A stretch of DNA of 51,066 nt from Parcubacteria group bacterium GW2011_GWD2_38_11. Lineage in GTDB: Bacteria > Patescibacteriota > Minisyncoccia > Moranbacterales > GWC2-37-73. How positions within the stretch are numbered: the first letter of the stretch is position 1; every line of letters begins with the position of its first letter. The notes below the pieces were generated by a model. The model worked only from the letters and a program-made list of their open reading frames with translations, searched no databases and was not told the origin of the DNA. The translations under genes were made by a program, and so were the position numbers. The stretch spans positions 1 to 51,066 of the forward strand of contig LBTZ01000022.1 of assembly GCA_000992325.1 (NCBI GenBank), written 5' to 3'. This document shows positions 20,016 to 30,594 of the stretch, one piece after another.

Positions 20016-21122
20016 ATGCAAACAAAATTAGGAGATAGGACATTACTGATAGTTGTTTCGTCGTTGCTTGTTTTCGGGCTTATTATGATCGCAAGTGCTG
20101 GTGTGATTTATTCAGAGACCAGATTTGCTGATGAATATTATTTTTTCAAGCATCAATTGATTTACGGAGTTCTGCCGGGAATTTTCGCTTTGTATTTTTT
20201 TTCTAAACTTGACTATCATTTTTGGAAAAAAGTTGCCGTGCCATTATTTTTTCTTGCGGTTATCTTTTTAATTTTGGTTTTTGTCCCTGGTGTTGGGTCG
20301 CGAGTGTATGGCGCAAGTCGTTGGATTCAACTTGGTCCATTTTCTTTTCAACCTTCCGAAATGACAAAATTAGCAGTAATAATATATCTCGCTGCTTGGC
20401 TTGAAAGTCGTGGAATACAGAGAATTAAAGATGTTTTTGAGGGAATGTTGCCGTTTTTAGGAATAATAGGCTTGCTTGCTTTTTTGATTATGAAGCAACC
20501 AGACACTGGAACATTGGGTGTTATTATTCTCACTTCTTTTGCTATTTTTTTTATTGCTGGGGCTCGTCTTTCGCATCTTGCTTCAATGGGAGTTTTTGGG
20601 ATGTTGGCGCTTTGGATTCTTGTTAAAATTGAACCATATCGATTTAATCGAATTTTGGCGTTTCTTGATCCGAGCGCTGATCCGCAAGGAATTGGTTATC
20701 AAATAAATCAAGCATTGTTAGCTGTTGGCAGTGGTGGTTTTTTCGGTGTTGGCCTTGGCCATTCCAGGCAAAAATTTAATTATTTGCCAGAGCCAGTCGG
20801 GGACAGTATTTTTGCAGTTTTGGGCGAAGAAATTGGGATGATGGGTGCGATGATTTTGATTGCGCTGTTTGTTGTTTTAGCAATGAGAGGAATAAAAATT
20901 GCTAAAAATGCCCCTGATATGTTCGGCAGACTTATGGCAACAGGAATTACATCTTGGATAATATTGCAGGCATTTATTAATATCAGCGCTAATATTGCAC
21001 TGGTGCCACTTACGGGAATTCCGCTTCCATTTATTAGTTATGGCGGAACATCACTTGTATTCTTGATGTCAGCGGTTGGAATTTTGCTTAATATATCCAA
21101 ACATTCAAATTTGAATAACTAG
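20016..21122 (+). CDS. ftsW: SEDS family peptidoglycan polymerase FtsW
   Basis: GASRWI, FQPSE..K, QPD.G, TGIPLPFISYGG; upstream of murG. Confidence 0.92.
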   Translation: MQTKLGDRTLLIVVSSLLVFGLIMIASAGVIYSETRFADEYYFFKHQLIYGVLPGIFALYFFSKLDYHFWKKVAVPLFFLAVIFLILVFVPGVGSRVYGASRWIQLGPFSFQPSEMTKLAVIIYLAAWLESRGIQRIKDVFEGMLPFLGIIGLLAFLIMKQPDTGTLGVIILTSFAIFFIAGARLSHLASMGVFGMLALWILVKIEPYRFNRILAFLDPSADPQGIGYQINQALLAVGSGGFFGVGLGHSRQKFNYLPEPVGDSIFAVLGEEIGMMGAMILIALFVVLAMRGIKIAKNAPDMFGRLMATGITSWIILQAFINISANIALVPLTGIPLPFISYGGTSLVFLMSAVGILLNISKHSNLNN

Positions 21123-21283
21123 CAATTTATGCTGGATTTATTGCGCGTTTGTTGCTATACTGAGTATATAAATACAATTTTCAATTCACAATTTTCAATG
21201 CATAAATTTTCAAACATTTGGAAATTTGGTCATTGGAAATTGTTTAGAAATTGGAAATTAAAAATTAGAAATTATTTAAAAGT

Positions 21284-22393
21284 ATGCGAATAGTATTAAC
21301 TGGTGGAGGCACAGGAGGACATTTGACACCGCTTGTTGCAGTGGCTGATAAATTAAAATCCAAACTTGGTAGTGAAGCTGAGATTCTTTACATTGGTTCT
21401 GGAGCTGAAATGGAAAAAAAAATAATGTCTGAAGAGGGAATTCCAGCAAAATTTGTTGTTACTGGGAAAATGAGACGATATTTTTCTTTTCAAAATTTTG
21501 TTGATTTTTTTAAAGTCCCGATTGGTTTTGTGCAATCATTATGGATATTACTTCGTTTTATGCCGGATGCTATTTTTTCCAAAGGAGGTTATGTGGCAGT
21601 GCCGATTGTGCTGGCAGGTTGGATATATCGTATTCCGATTATGATTCACGAATCTGACAGTGCACCAGGAATTGCAAACCAATTTTTGTCTAAATTTGCC
21701 AACAGGATTGCGGTGGCATATCCAAGCGCTGGGGAATATTTTCCTAAGGAAAAAACAGCATTAGTTGGAAATCCAATACGTTTTCAAATAACCGAAGGTG
21801 ATGCCAAAATATTGCGACAAGAAATTGGTTTTACCGAGTCGCGAAAAACACTTTTGATATTAGGTGGTTCACAGGGATCGCGTGTTATTAATGATGCAAT
21901 TGTTAAAATCCTCCCGCAACTCCTGCAACATTTCCAGATTGTTCATCAAACCGGACAAGAACATTATGATGATGTTTTGCGTGAAGCCGCTTTCGTTGGT
22001 GTTAAAGCTGGGCACAATGGATATTATGCTGTGCCGTTTATGAATGCCAATAAACTTCGAGATGCTTTTGCTTTAAGCGATTTGGTTATCAGCAGAGCTG
22101 GTGCAACATTTATCACGGAAATAGCAGCAAATGGAAAGCCGGCAATCTTAATTCCAATTTCTGAAAGTGCAAATGATCATCAGCGTATGAATGCTTATGC
22201 GCTTGCGCAAATTGGAGCGGCGCTTGTGTTGGAAGAGGCAAATCTTGGCGAACACATTTTACTTGAAAAGATAAATTATATTTTAAATGATAATGAATTG
22301 CAGCAAAATATGGTTGAGAAAATTAAAACTTTTTATCACCCAACCGCTGCAGATGTCATTGCTAATGGTATTATTGAAATTGCTCGCTTATAA
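21284..22393 (+). CDS. murG: lipid I GlcNAc transferase MurG
   Basis: GGGTGGH, KGGYV, GNPIR, GGSQGS, SRAGA, HQRMNA. Confidence 0.95.
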   Translation: MRIVLTGGGTGGHLTPLVAVADKLKSKLGSEAEILYIGSGAEMEKKIMSEEGIPAKFVVTGKMRRYFSFQNFVDFFKVPIGFVQSLWILLRFMPDAIFSKGGYVAVPIVLAGWIYRIPIMIHESDSAPGIANQFLSKFANRIAVAYPSAGEYFPKEKTALVGNPIRFQITEGDAKILRQEIGFTESRKTLLILGGSQGSRVINDAIVKILPQLLQHFQIVHQTGQEHYDDVLREAAFVGVKAGHNGYYAVPFMNANKLRDAFALSDLVISRAGATFITEIAANGKPAILIPISESANDHQRMNAYALAQIGAALVLEEANLGEHILLEKINYILNDNELQQNMVEKIKTFYHPTAADVIANGIIEIARL

Positions 22394-22542
22394 GCGAGCA
22401 CACAGATGAATGCGGATTTGAAACTGATGTACACGGATAACGAAGTTGAAAAGTGTAGCCCGTTTAATTTCTGGATTATCTGTGATCTGTAAAAATCTGT
22501 ATTTAATCAGTATTTAATCCGTCTAAATCAGTTTTTAAATAT

Positions 22543-23928
22543 ATGGAAATTAAAGATATTAAAAAAGCTTATTTTATCGGTATTAAGGGTGCAGGTATGA
22601 CTGCTGTGGCTCAAATTTTGCAAAGCAGAAATATTGAAATTTCCGGCTCCGATACGGGCGAGGTTTTTTATACTGATGCGATATTAAAACGTTTGAAAAT
22701 CCCATACTACGAGGAATTTATAGCGCGGCATATTCCAAGCAATGTTGATGTTGTTATTTATTCCACTGCTTACAACGAAGGAAATAATGTTGAAATGGCT
22801 GAGGCTAAAAAGATGGGTGTTTTGATGCTGAGTTATCCTGAAATTTTGGGACTTTTGTTTGCTGAAAAACTGGGCATTGCAGTTTGCGGAACACACGGAA
22901 AAACAACCACCTCAGCTATGCTTGCCAGTGCTCTTGCCCAAGCAGAATTGGAGCCCAGTGCAATTGTTGGAAGCAATGTTATTTCGTGGGAGGGAAGCGC
23001 GCTTTCGGGTAGTGGAGAATATTTTGTGGCTGAAGCTGATGAATATCAAAACAAACTTCGTTTTTATCAGCCGTGGTCCGTGATTCTTACAAGCGTTGAT
23101 TGGGATCATCCAGATTTTTTTCCAGATTTTATTTCCTATAAAAAAGTGTTTCAGGATTTTGTGAAAAAAATTCCCAAAACAGGTTTTTTGGTGGTTTGGG
23201 GGGATAGTAGTGACACTTTGGAAGTTGCCGACAGTGCAAATTGTAATTTGCTTACCTATGGATTTGGGGAAGATAATGACTATAGAATAATAAACAACAG
23301 ACAACAAACAACAGACAACAAAGTCATACAGAGATTTGAAGTTGAATATGATGGAAAAAATTTGGGAGAATTTAGTTCGCCACTTTCCGGTAAACACAAT
23401 ATTTTAAACGCCGCTTCTGTTATTGCACTTTCTCATAAAATGGGATTGGATTTGGAAAAAATAAAAAAATCCCTGAATGAATTTGAGGGAACCACGAGAC
23501 GTTTTGAATATATTGGAAAATACAAAGAAGCATTGCTTATCGATGATTATGCTCATCATCCAGATGAAATCAAAGCAACGCTTGCTGGCGCCAAAGATCG
23601 CTTTGAAGGAAAAAGAATCTGGACAGTTTTTCATCCGCACACTTTTTCTAGAACAAAAGCTTTGCTTCAAGACTTTGCTCAAAGTTTTGATAACACTGAG
23701 CGTGTTATTATTATTGATACGTATGGAAGCGCGCGCGAAACCGGTGGGGAGGCCACTTCTGAAGATCTGGTAAAATTGATTAATAAATATAATTATGACA
23801 AAGCCGAATATATTCCAAGTATAGAAGAGGCTACGCAGTATCTGAAAGAAAAGTCAGGAGAATATGATGTGCTTATTACTATGGGTGCAGGAGATGTTTG
23901 GAGGGTTGGACAAGCACTTAAAGAATAA
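22543..23928 (+). CDS. murC: UDP-N-acetylmuramate--L-alanine ligase
   Basis: FIGIKGAGM, GTHGKTTT, EADEY, DHPD, DDYAHHP, MGAGD. Confidence 0.94.
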   Translation: MEIKDIKKAYFIGIKGAGMTAVAQILQSRNIEISGSDTGEVFYTDAILKRLKIPYYEEFIARHIPSNVDVVIYSTAYNEGNNVEMAEAKKMGVLMLSYPEILGLLFAEKLGIAVCGTHGKTTTSAMLASALAQAELEPSAIVGSNVISWEGSALSGSGEYFVAEADEYQNKLRFYQPWSVILTSVDWDHPDFFPDFISYKKVFQDFVKKIPKTGFLVVWGDSSDTLEVADSANCNLLTYGFGEDNDYRIINNRQQTTDNKVIQRFEVEYDGKNLGEFSSPLSGKHNILNAASVIALSHKMGLDLEKIKKSLNEFEGTTRRFEYIGKYKEALLIDDYAHHPDEIKATLAGAKDRFEGKRIWTVFHPHTFSRTKALLQDFAQSFDNTERVIIIDTYGSARETGGEATSEDLVKLINKYNYDKAEYIPSIEEATQYLKEKSGEYDVLITMGAGDVWRVGQALKE

Positions 23929-23980
23929 ATTTAAAATTGCTTTTATCTTGGAAAATGTTAAAATTGAATTATCAGCGTGT

Positions 23981-24060
23981 GTCATCCCGCACTTGATGCG
24001 GGATCCAGTCAGTCTCACAAGTTAGGCATAGTTCTGGATTCCCGTTTTCACGGGAATGAC
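23981..24060. repeat. dRS3/RPE-like palindrome pair
   Basis: GTCATCCCGCACTTGATGCGGGATCCA ... TGGATTCCCGTTTTCACGGGAATGAC. Confidence 0.85.
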
Positions 24061-24129
24061 AATAACGTTAATTTTTTTAAAAATTCATTATTCAGAAAAA
24101 TTAAAACATTTTAAATAAATTTTGAATTT

Positions 24130-24561
24130 ATGCAGCAAAAAATAATAATGTACACAGATGGTGGTTCAAGAGGAAATCCCGGACCAGCGGCAGTTGGTGT
24201 GTACATTGAAACTTTGAATAAAAAAATTGGTGAGTGTATTGGAAACAGAACAAATAATGACGCCGAATACGAGGCTTTGATTTTAGGCTTGCAAAAAGCT
24301 AAGATATTTTTAGGCAAAGATAAAGCTAAGAAAACCGAGGTGGAATGCTTTTTGGATAGTGAACTGGTTGTAAAACAACTGAATCACGAGTATAAACTTA
24401 AGGAACCACGCATACAGCAATATTTTATTGAAATTTGGAATTTGATGTTGGAATACAGCAAGGTTACTTTTGTGCATATTCCGCGGGAGAAAAATAAGAT
24501 TGCAGATGCACTTGTTAATGAGGCGTTGGATAATCAATGCAAACAAAATTCACTGTTATAA
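24130..24561 (+). CDS. rnhA: ribonuclease HI family protein
   Basis: YTDGGSRGNPG, TNNDAEY, DSELVVKQ, PREKN..AD. Confidence 0.9.
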   Translation: MQQKIIMYTDGGSRGNPGPAAVGVYIETLNKKIGECIGNRTNNDAEYEALILGLQKAKIFLGKDKAKKTEVECFLDSELVVKQLNHEYKLKEPRIQQYFIEIWNLMLEYSKVTFVHIPREKNKIADALVNEALDNQCKQNSLL

Positions 24562-24568
24562 TCCTTGT

Positions 24569-24683
24569 GTCATTCCCGTGAAAACAGCCTGCCCGCCTTT
24601 GGAGGGGGAATCCAGGTTACGTGTTTATTTATTAAGTCGTTGATATAAAGCGGGGCTGGATTCCCAATCAAGTTGGGAATGAC
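24569..24683. repeat. dRS3/RPE-like palindrome pair with a nested ~20-nt insertion in the left arm
   Basis: GTCATTCCCGTGAAAAC[AGCCTGCCCGCCTTTGGAGG]GGGAATCCA ... TGGATTCCCAATCAAGTTGGGAATGAC. Confidence 0.8.
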
Positions 24684-24716
24684 AATATTATAAAGAATTA
24701 AATCAAAAAATAGCTT

Positions 24717-26021
24717 ATGTCTAAAATAAAAAAATATTCAATTTGGATTATAATTCTAGCTGCAGTTGTTGGCAGCATCTTTTGGTATGTGAAAAGCAAA
24801 AAACCCGTCACGACTTATACGACTGCTGAAGCGACAAAAGGAAATCTCGCGCAAACAGTTTCGGTGACTGGGGATTTGGTGGCAAAAGATGAAATTACTC
24901 TTAATTTTGAATTAGGCGGAAGGGTGAGTAGGGTTTTTGTTAAAGAAAGTGATCAGGTTGCAGCGGGAGACAAGATTGCAACACTGACGGACGCGACACT
25001 TCAAAAGCAGGTTGATCAGGCAAAAGCCGGTCTTGATCAAGCAATTGCAACATCTGGTTCTAATAGCGATACTTTGCGCGAAGCAAAAGTAAGTCTTGAT
25101 AATGCCGAGGATTCACTGGATCAAACAAAAAAATTAAATGATGAAACGGTTGCTTCTGCAGAGCAGACAGTTGAAAATGCACAAAAAGCTTATGACGATA
25201 CGTTGGATTTTTATAATAGCAATGTTTCAAAACAAAACAAGATTACGCTTACAAATGCTGAAAATGCACTTGCAAGTGCCAAGCAAGCGCTGAAAACTTC
25301 CAAAGAACAAACAGACCTTTCTGAAATTTCAGCGGACAATGCTGTTTCCAGTGCTAAGGCCAGAGTTAAAACAGTTGAATCTGATTTTGCCAGAAATGCC
25401 AGAAATGCTCAAGTTGCCGCAGCTCAAGCCGTATATGATATGGCTGTTCTTAATTTGAACAGAGCAACTCTTATTTCCCCGGTAAATGGAATTATTACTG
25501 AGGTTAACAATAAGCCGGGTGAAATTCTTGGAACTGGTGTGATTAAGGAAACATTTTCACGTGTAATGTCACTTGATATGATTATTCAATCACAGGTTCC
25601 TGAGTCGGATATTGTAAAGGTAAAACTTGGCCAACATGCTAGCGTCACTTTTGATGCGCTTACGCCAGAGGATATTTTTGATGCAGAAATTATTGAAATA
25701 AATCCAGCTTCAACAAATGTACAAGGGGTTGTTTATTATAATATTAAGCTTAAACTCAACACTCTTGATATTAGGGTGAAACCTGGAATGAGCTTGAATG
25801 TTGACATCAGAACTGCTGAAAAAAATGAGGTCATTATGATTCCAAGCCGCGCAATCAAAATTGAAGAAAATAAAAAGTATGTGGAAATTTTGAAAGTTGA
25901 TGGAATTACCACGGAAAAAGTTTTTATTGAAACTGGATTAGAAGGGGATGATGGAATGATAGAGGCGAAATCGGGACTTAAAGGTGGAGAGAAGGTCGTG
26001 ACATTTCAAGTGATGAAGTAG
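24717..26021 (+). CDS. efflux periplasmic adaptor subunit (MacA/HlyD-like)
   Basis: N-terminal TM, lipoyl half-motifs, long coiled coil, SPVNG, KPGM. Confidence 0.88.
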   Translation: MSKIKKYSIWIIILAAVVGSIFWYVKSKKPVTTYTTAEATKGNLAQTVSVTGDLVAKDEITLNFELGGRVSRVFVKESDQVAAGDKIATLTDATLQKQVDQAKAGLDQAIATSGSNSDTLREAKVSLDNAEDSLDQTKKLNDETVASAEQTVENAQKAYDDTLDFYNSNVSKQNKITLTNAENALASAKQALKTSKEQTDLSEISADNAVSSAKARVKTVESDFARNARNAQVAAAQAVYDMAVLNLNRATLISPVNGIITEVNNKPGEILGTGVIKETFSRVMSLDMIIQSQVPESDIVKVKLGQHASVTFDALTPEDIFDAEIIEINPASTNVQGVVYYNIKLKLNTLDIRVKPGMSLNVDIRTAEKNEVIMIPSRAIKIEENKKYVEILKVDGITTEKVFIETGLEGDDGMIEAKSGLKGGEKVVTFQVMK

Positions 26022-26028
26022 CGGAATT

Positions 26029-26285
26029 GTCATTCCCGTGAAAACGGGAATCCAGGTTATGTATTGATTTGTGTGATAAAATTTGTTTCCACATTTCTTT
26101 TTCCGCAAAAGAAACCTGGAGGAAAGAAAACTCGCACCGGATGAAGATACTGTGGCAAAAACTTCGTTCTTCGCTAAAATTTACACTGCGTGCCTTCGCT
26201 TGCTAGCGGGCACTACGTTTCAAAATTTTTTAACGCTCATCACTCGTTTTTTGCCTACGTACTTCATATGGTGCAAATGGAATGC
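26029..26285. repeat. composite repeat copy 2 (half dRS3-like unit plus ~200-nt hairpin element)
   Basis: shares 5' and 3' blocks with 15776-16061; internal stem GCACC..TGAAGA.TAC..GGCAAAAAC / GTTTTTTGCC..GTACTTCA..GGTGC. Confidence 0.8.
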
Positions 26286-26403
26286 AGATACAAGAAATAC
26301 TTTGAAAATTTTTATATAAAAAAGCCCGCGTATGTTAACTGTGAAAGATTTCACAATTAATTTCCGCGGGGTTCTGAGCTGGGTAAAAAATATTGAATTC
26401 TAT

Positions 26404-26637
26404 TTAAGGAAAATATGTTATCGATGCAACCATCGCTGCTTCAGTTGCGATTTCAGAGTCGCTCCTGTCCTCAGCCCGGCAACCTTTTTGCAAGAAAATA
26501 ATTGATCCATCATCTTTTATTTCCTTGATTGTATATTCGGGTGAAGTTATTTTTTCTCCTGAGAGCAGGTTGAAGGATTTTATACCGCTTCCGTTGTGTG
26601 TTTTTTGAATAATCTCCCGTATCATTTCTAATTGCAT
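26404..26637 (-). CDS. small hypothetical protein (77 aa)
   Basis: SD AAGGAGG before ATG at 26637; TTGACT-17-TATAAT promoter at 26729-26701; hairpin with U tract at ~26318-26370. Confidence 0.7.
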   Translation of the reverse strand: MQLEMIREIIQKTHNGSGIKSFNLLSGEKITSPEYTIKEIKDDGSIIFLQKGCRAEDRSDSEIATEAAMVASITYFP

Positions 26638-26792
26638 GTTTCCTCCTTGGCTTCTTTGAGCCATTTGTGATATTTGACTGCTAACGAACTGTAATATTCT
26701 ATTATACTCCAAAATAGCCAAAAAGTCAAGCACGCGCTAAGGCGCGAGTAAAAAGCTTTTAAAGTTTGTAAAGTTCATAAAGTAAATAAGAT

Positions 26793-27518
26793 ATGAAATT
26801 GATAGAAGTTGAAAATTTGGTTAAAACTTACGACAGTGAAGGCGTGCAGACTCAGGCAATGAGGGGTCTGACTTTTACGATTGAAAAAGGGGAATTCGTT
26901 TCCATTATGGGACCAAGTGGTTCTGGCAAATCAACTTTGATGCAGATTTTAGGGATGTTAGATCGGCCTTCTGAGGGGGTGTATCTTTTTGAGGGAAAGG
27001 ACATAAACTCTTATTCTGATGATGAATTGTCAAAACTTCGAAATAAAAAAATTGGTTTTGTTTTTCAATCTTTTAATTTGCTTCCGCGCACTACAGTATA
27101 TGAAAACACGGAGCTTCCACTTCTTTACGATGAAGATCATTTGGAAGTGCATAATGAGGAAAAAATAAACAAAGCCCTTGAGGCTGTTGGAATGAGTCAT
27201 CGCACGCAATATCTTTCTAATCAGCTTTCTGGCGGCGAAAAGCAGCGTGTGGCCATTGCGCGCGCTCTTGTTAATGACCCAGAGGTTATTTTTGCTGATG
27301 AACCAACGGGAAATCTGGATTCAAAATCAGGACTTGCTGTGATGAGAATTTTGCAAAAACTCAACAATGAAGGACACACTGTTATTTTGGTCACTCATGA
27401 AACTTATACCGCGCAGCATGCTAAACGTATCTTGAATATGAAAGACGGAATGGTTGTTTCTGACGAATTGGTGAAGGATCGCTTAATTGCAGATGGGGAA
27501 GGAGAACTTTTAAAGTAA
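26793..27518 (+). CDS. ABC transporter ATP-binding protein (MacB/LolD-like)
   Basis: [30 protein letters not shown]. Confidence 0.93.
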   Translation: MKLIEVENLVKTYDSEGVQTQAMRGLTFTIEKGEFVSIMGPSGSGKSTLMQILGMLDRPSEGVYLFEGKDINSYSDDELSKLRNKKIGFVFQSFNLLPRTTVYENTELPLLYDEDHLEVHNEEKINKALEAVGMSHRTQYLSNQLSGGEKQRVAIARALVNDPEVIFADEPTGNLDSKSGLAVMRILQKLNNEGHTVILVTHETYTAQHAKRILNMKDGMVVSDELVKDRLIADGEGELLK

Positions 27519-27692
27519 TTTCCAATAACCAATTTCCAATTTCCAATAAATTCGCCATCCGGCGAAATTGCAATACAGTGAAGTTGTTTTTATTTTGGTT
27601 TGAAAATTTAAAGAATTAAAAATTGATTGAAAATTGAAAATTGTGAATTGAAAATTATAAATTTGATAAAACGCACAAATCTCTAAAATTAC

Positions 27693-28934
27693 ATGAAGCT
27701 TTCTAGCCCGATTAAAATATCTTATAAAAACCTGATGGCGGCCAAGTTCCGCTCGTTTTTGACGATTCTGGGGATTATTATTGGAATTGCTTCGGTGATT
27801 ATCGTGATGGCAATCGGTGCAAGCGCTCAACAACTCATTATTGCGCAGGTTTCAGGTGTTGGTTCGAATCTCGTTGGGGTTTTGCCGGGGGCTTCGGATG
27901 AAAAAGGTCCGCCAGCATCTGCGCTTGGGATTGTGACGACAACACTAAAACAACCTGATCTGGATGCTGTTTTGCTGAAAAAAAATGTGCCAAACGCTGT
28001 AGCAGCTTCTGGATATGTCAGTGGAATAGGAACGGCAAGGTATAAAAATAATTCTAGGCAGAATAATTTTCAAGGTGTTTCCGCGGATTTTATTAATGTG
28101 GAAAAAAACGATTTGGGATCTGGAAGATTTTTTACTAGTGAAGAAAATTCAGGTCTAGCTCGTGTGGCAGTTTTGGGTGCAACTACGGCGAAAGAACTTT
28201 TTGAAACTGAGGATCCGATTGGAAAAATGTTTTCTCTTAAAGATGTGAATTTTACAGTGATTGGTGTTTTGGCGCCAAAGGGTGGATCGGCAGTTTCTAA
28301 TCCTGATGAGTTGGTGTATATGCCATTGCTTACTGCACAAAAAATTCTGCTTGGAATCGACTATCTTAATTTTATGCGTGTTAAGATTGATAATCCTGAA
28401 AACATAACTCGCGCAGTTGCAGATATAAAATATACCATCAGGGTTCAGCATAGAATAAAAAATCCAAGCGATGATGATTTTTCAGTGCGGGATACTGCAC
28501 AGGCACTTAATGTGATCACAAACATAACCAATGTTCTTAAATATTTTTTAGCTGGAATCGCGGCAATTTCTTTGTTGGTTGGAGGGGTTGGTATTATGAA
28601 TATTATGCTAATTTCAGTTACACAACGTATTCGCGAGGTTGGTCTTAGAAAAGCTGTTGGTGCACGTAATCGTCATATTATCACACAGTTTTTGATTGAA
28701 TCTGTTTTTATTACTTTGGTTGGTGGCATAATCGGAATTATTTTTGGAATTTTAATATCACTTTTAGCAGCAGTAATTATTAATGCCTTGGGATATGATT
28801 GGGAATTTTTGATTTCATTTAGTTCGATTATAATTGCAACGTTGGTTTCAGTGCTGATAGGATTGTTATTTGGACTTTATCCTGCAAAAAAAGCAGCCAA
28901 GATTTCACCAATGGAAGCATTGAGATATGAGTAA
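27693..28934 (+). CDS. ABC transporter permease (MacB/FtsX family)
   Basis: RSFLTILGIIIG, GGVGIMNIM, REVGLRKAVGA, P.EALRYE. Confidence 0.92.
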   Translation: MKLSSPIKISYKNLMAAKFRSFLTILGIIIGIASVIIVMAIGASAQQLIIAQVSGVGSNLVGVLPGASDEKGPPASALGIVTTTLKQPDLDAVLLKKNVPNAVAASGYVSGIGTARYKNNSRQNNFQGVSADFINVEKNDLGSGRFFTSEENSGLARVAVLGATTAKELFETEDPIGKMFSLKDVNFTVIGVLAPKGGSAVSNPDELVYMPLLTAQKILLGIDYLNFMRVKIDNPENITRAVADIKYTIRVQHRIKNPSDDDFSVRDTAQALNVITNITNVLKYFLAGIAAISLLVGGVGIMNIMLISVTQRIREVGLRKAVGARNRHIITQFLIESVFITLVGGIIGIIFGILISLLAAVIINALGYDWEFLISFSSIIIATLVSVLIGLLFGLYPAKKAAKISPMEALRYE

Positions 28935-29057
28935 TAGTTTGTAAAGTTTATAAAGTTCATAAAGTTTGTAAGGTTCATAAAGTTTGTAATGTTTGTAAAG
29001 TTCATAAAGTTCATAAAGTTTGTAAAGTTTGTAAAGTTTGTAAGGTTCATAAAGTAA
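28935..29057 (+). repeat. 9-nt tandem repeat, ~13 units of AAGTT(T/C)(G/A)TA
   Basis: fills the whole spacer between the two permease genes. Confidence 0.9.
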
Positions 29058-29058
29058 A

Positions 29059-30312
29059 ATGAGAAGATTAATATTATCAATTAGGCTTGCATTGCATAAT
29101 CTGACGAATAATGTCGGCAGGACTGTTTTAACATTGGTTGGAATTGTGATTGGGATTATGTCGGTGATAGTGGTTTCTTCTAGTGGACAAGGATTGAAAA
29201 ATTATGTGCTTGGCCAATTTGATAGCTTTGGAACTGATGTGATTCAAATTGAAACCAAGGTTCCGGCAACAGGAAAAACTTCTGCGGCAAATGCACAAGG
29301 TCAGGCAACTGGAATTCAAATAACCACCCTAAAGATTTCAGACGGGGAAGCATTAGCGAAAATTCCTAATGTGGCAAGTTTTGCTGCGGGGACAATAGGT
29401 CAAGAGTTGGTTAGTCACAAGGATGAAAATAAAAGGGTTATGCTTTTTGGTGTGGGTGCAAGTTATCCTGAAGTGGATAGTGCGGTCAAAGTTCAGGAGG
29501 GAATTTTTTATGATCAGTCGACAGATGATAGCTTGGGGCAGGTCGCAGTTATTGGTCCTGATATCAAGGAAACTCTTTTTGGCACTGAGGATGCTATTGG
29601 AAAATCAATCAAAATTAAAAATATGGATTTTCGTGTGATTGGCGTTTTGGAAAAAAGAGGAGCTGTCACGTTTTTTAATTACGACGAACTTATTTATATT
29701 CCAGTACAAACTTTGCAAAAGAAAATTTTAGGTATCGATTATGTGCGTTTTATTACGGTTAAAGTTAAGGATCAAAGCCTCATTGAAGTAACAGTGGCAG
29801 ATATTAATGACACACTTAAGCGAATTCATCGTACGTATAAACCCGAGCAAGAGGATTATTCAATCACAACTATTCAAGAGGCGCAAAAAATTGTAGAGGA
29901 TGTTTTTGGAACAATTAATATTTTGCTGCTTGCTCTCACTTCCATTTCTTTGATTGTGGGTGGAGTGGGGATTATGAATGTGATGTATGTGGCTGTATCC
30001 GAGCGAACATTTGAAATAGGCCTTAGGAAGGCAGTGGGTGCAAAGGAGAATGATATTCGCAATCAGTTTTTGTTTGAAGCTGTTTTCCTTACGATTGCCG
30101 GCGGAATGGTGGGGGTGGTGTTGGGATATGCTATTTCACTTGCTTTTTCTTATATTATCAGTTTGCTTGGCTATACGCTTAATTTTTCCCTTACTTTAAA
30201 TTCTATTTTAATAGCAGTTGGTTTTTCAGCTGCCACCGGAATCATTTTTGGATATTATCCAGCTTATAAGGCATCAAAACTTTCACCAATGGAGGCGCTT
30301 CGAAAGGAATAG
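29059..30312 (+). CDS. second ABC transporter permease (MacB/FtsX family)
   Basis: RTVLTLVGIVIG, GGVGIMNVM, EIGLRKAVGA, PMEALRKE. Confidence 0.92.
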   Translation: MRRLILSIRLALHNLTNNVGRTVLTLVGIVIGIMSVIVVSSSGQGLKNYVLGQFDSFGTDVIQIETKVPATGKTSAANAQGQATGIQITTLKISDGEALAKIPNVASFAAGTIGQELVSHKDENKRVMLFGVGASYPEVDSAVKVQEGIFYDQSTDDSLGQVAVIGPDIKETLFGTEDAIGKSIKIKNMDFRVIGVLEKRGAVTFFNYDELIYIPVQTLQKKILGIDYVRFITVKVKDQSLIEVTVADINDTLKRIHRTYKPEQEDYSITTIQEAQKIVEDVFGTINILLLALTSISLIVGGVGIMNVMYVAVSERTFEIGLRKAVGAKENDIRNQFLFEAVFLTIAGGMVGVVLGYAISLAFSYIISLLGYTLNFSLTLNSILIAVGFSAATGIIFGYYPAYKASKLSPMEALRKE

Positions 30313-30594
30313 GTAATTAGGTGCTAGGTATTAGGTGTTAGGAAATGCGAAATACGTAGTTTGAAATTTGTTAAAACCTAATATCTATAACCTAGAACCT
30401 AGCAGAATACTACACAATATTTTCTACAACCTCGCAAGTTGTAGATTTTATGCTGTTATGGTAACATATAAGGACAAATTAATCTGTAAAAAACAGGTTT
30501 ATTCTGGTCATATTAATGTCAGGATTAAATATAATAATTAAATAATGATAAGTTGTTTCTCCAAGAGAGACTCAAATCTTATTTAACAAGGTAG

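Noticed and set aside
28935-29057. Tandem 9-mer array as a CRISPR array
   Set aside because: No unique spacers, unit far too short, no cas genes in the window.
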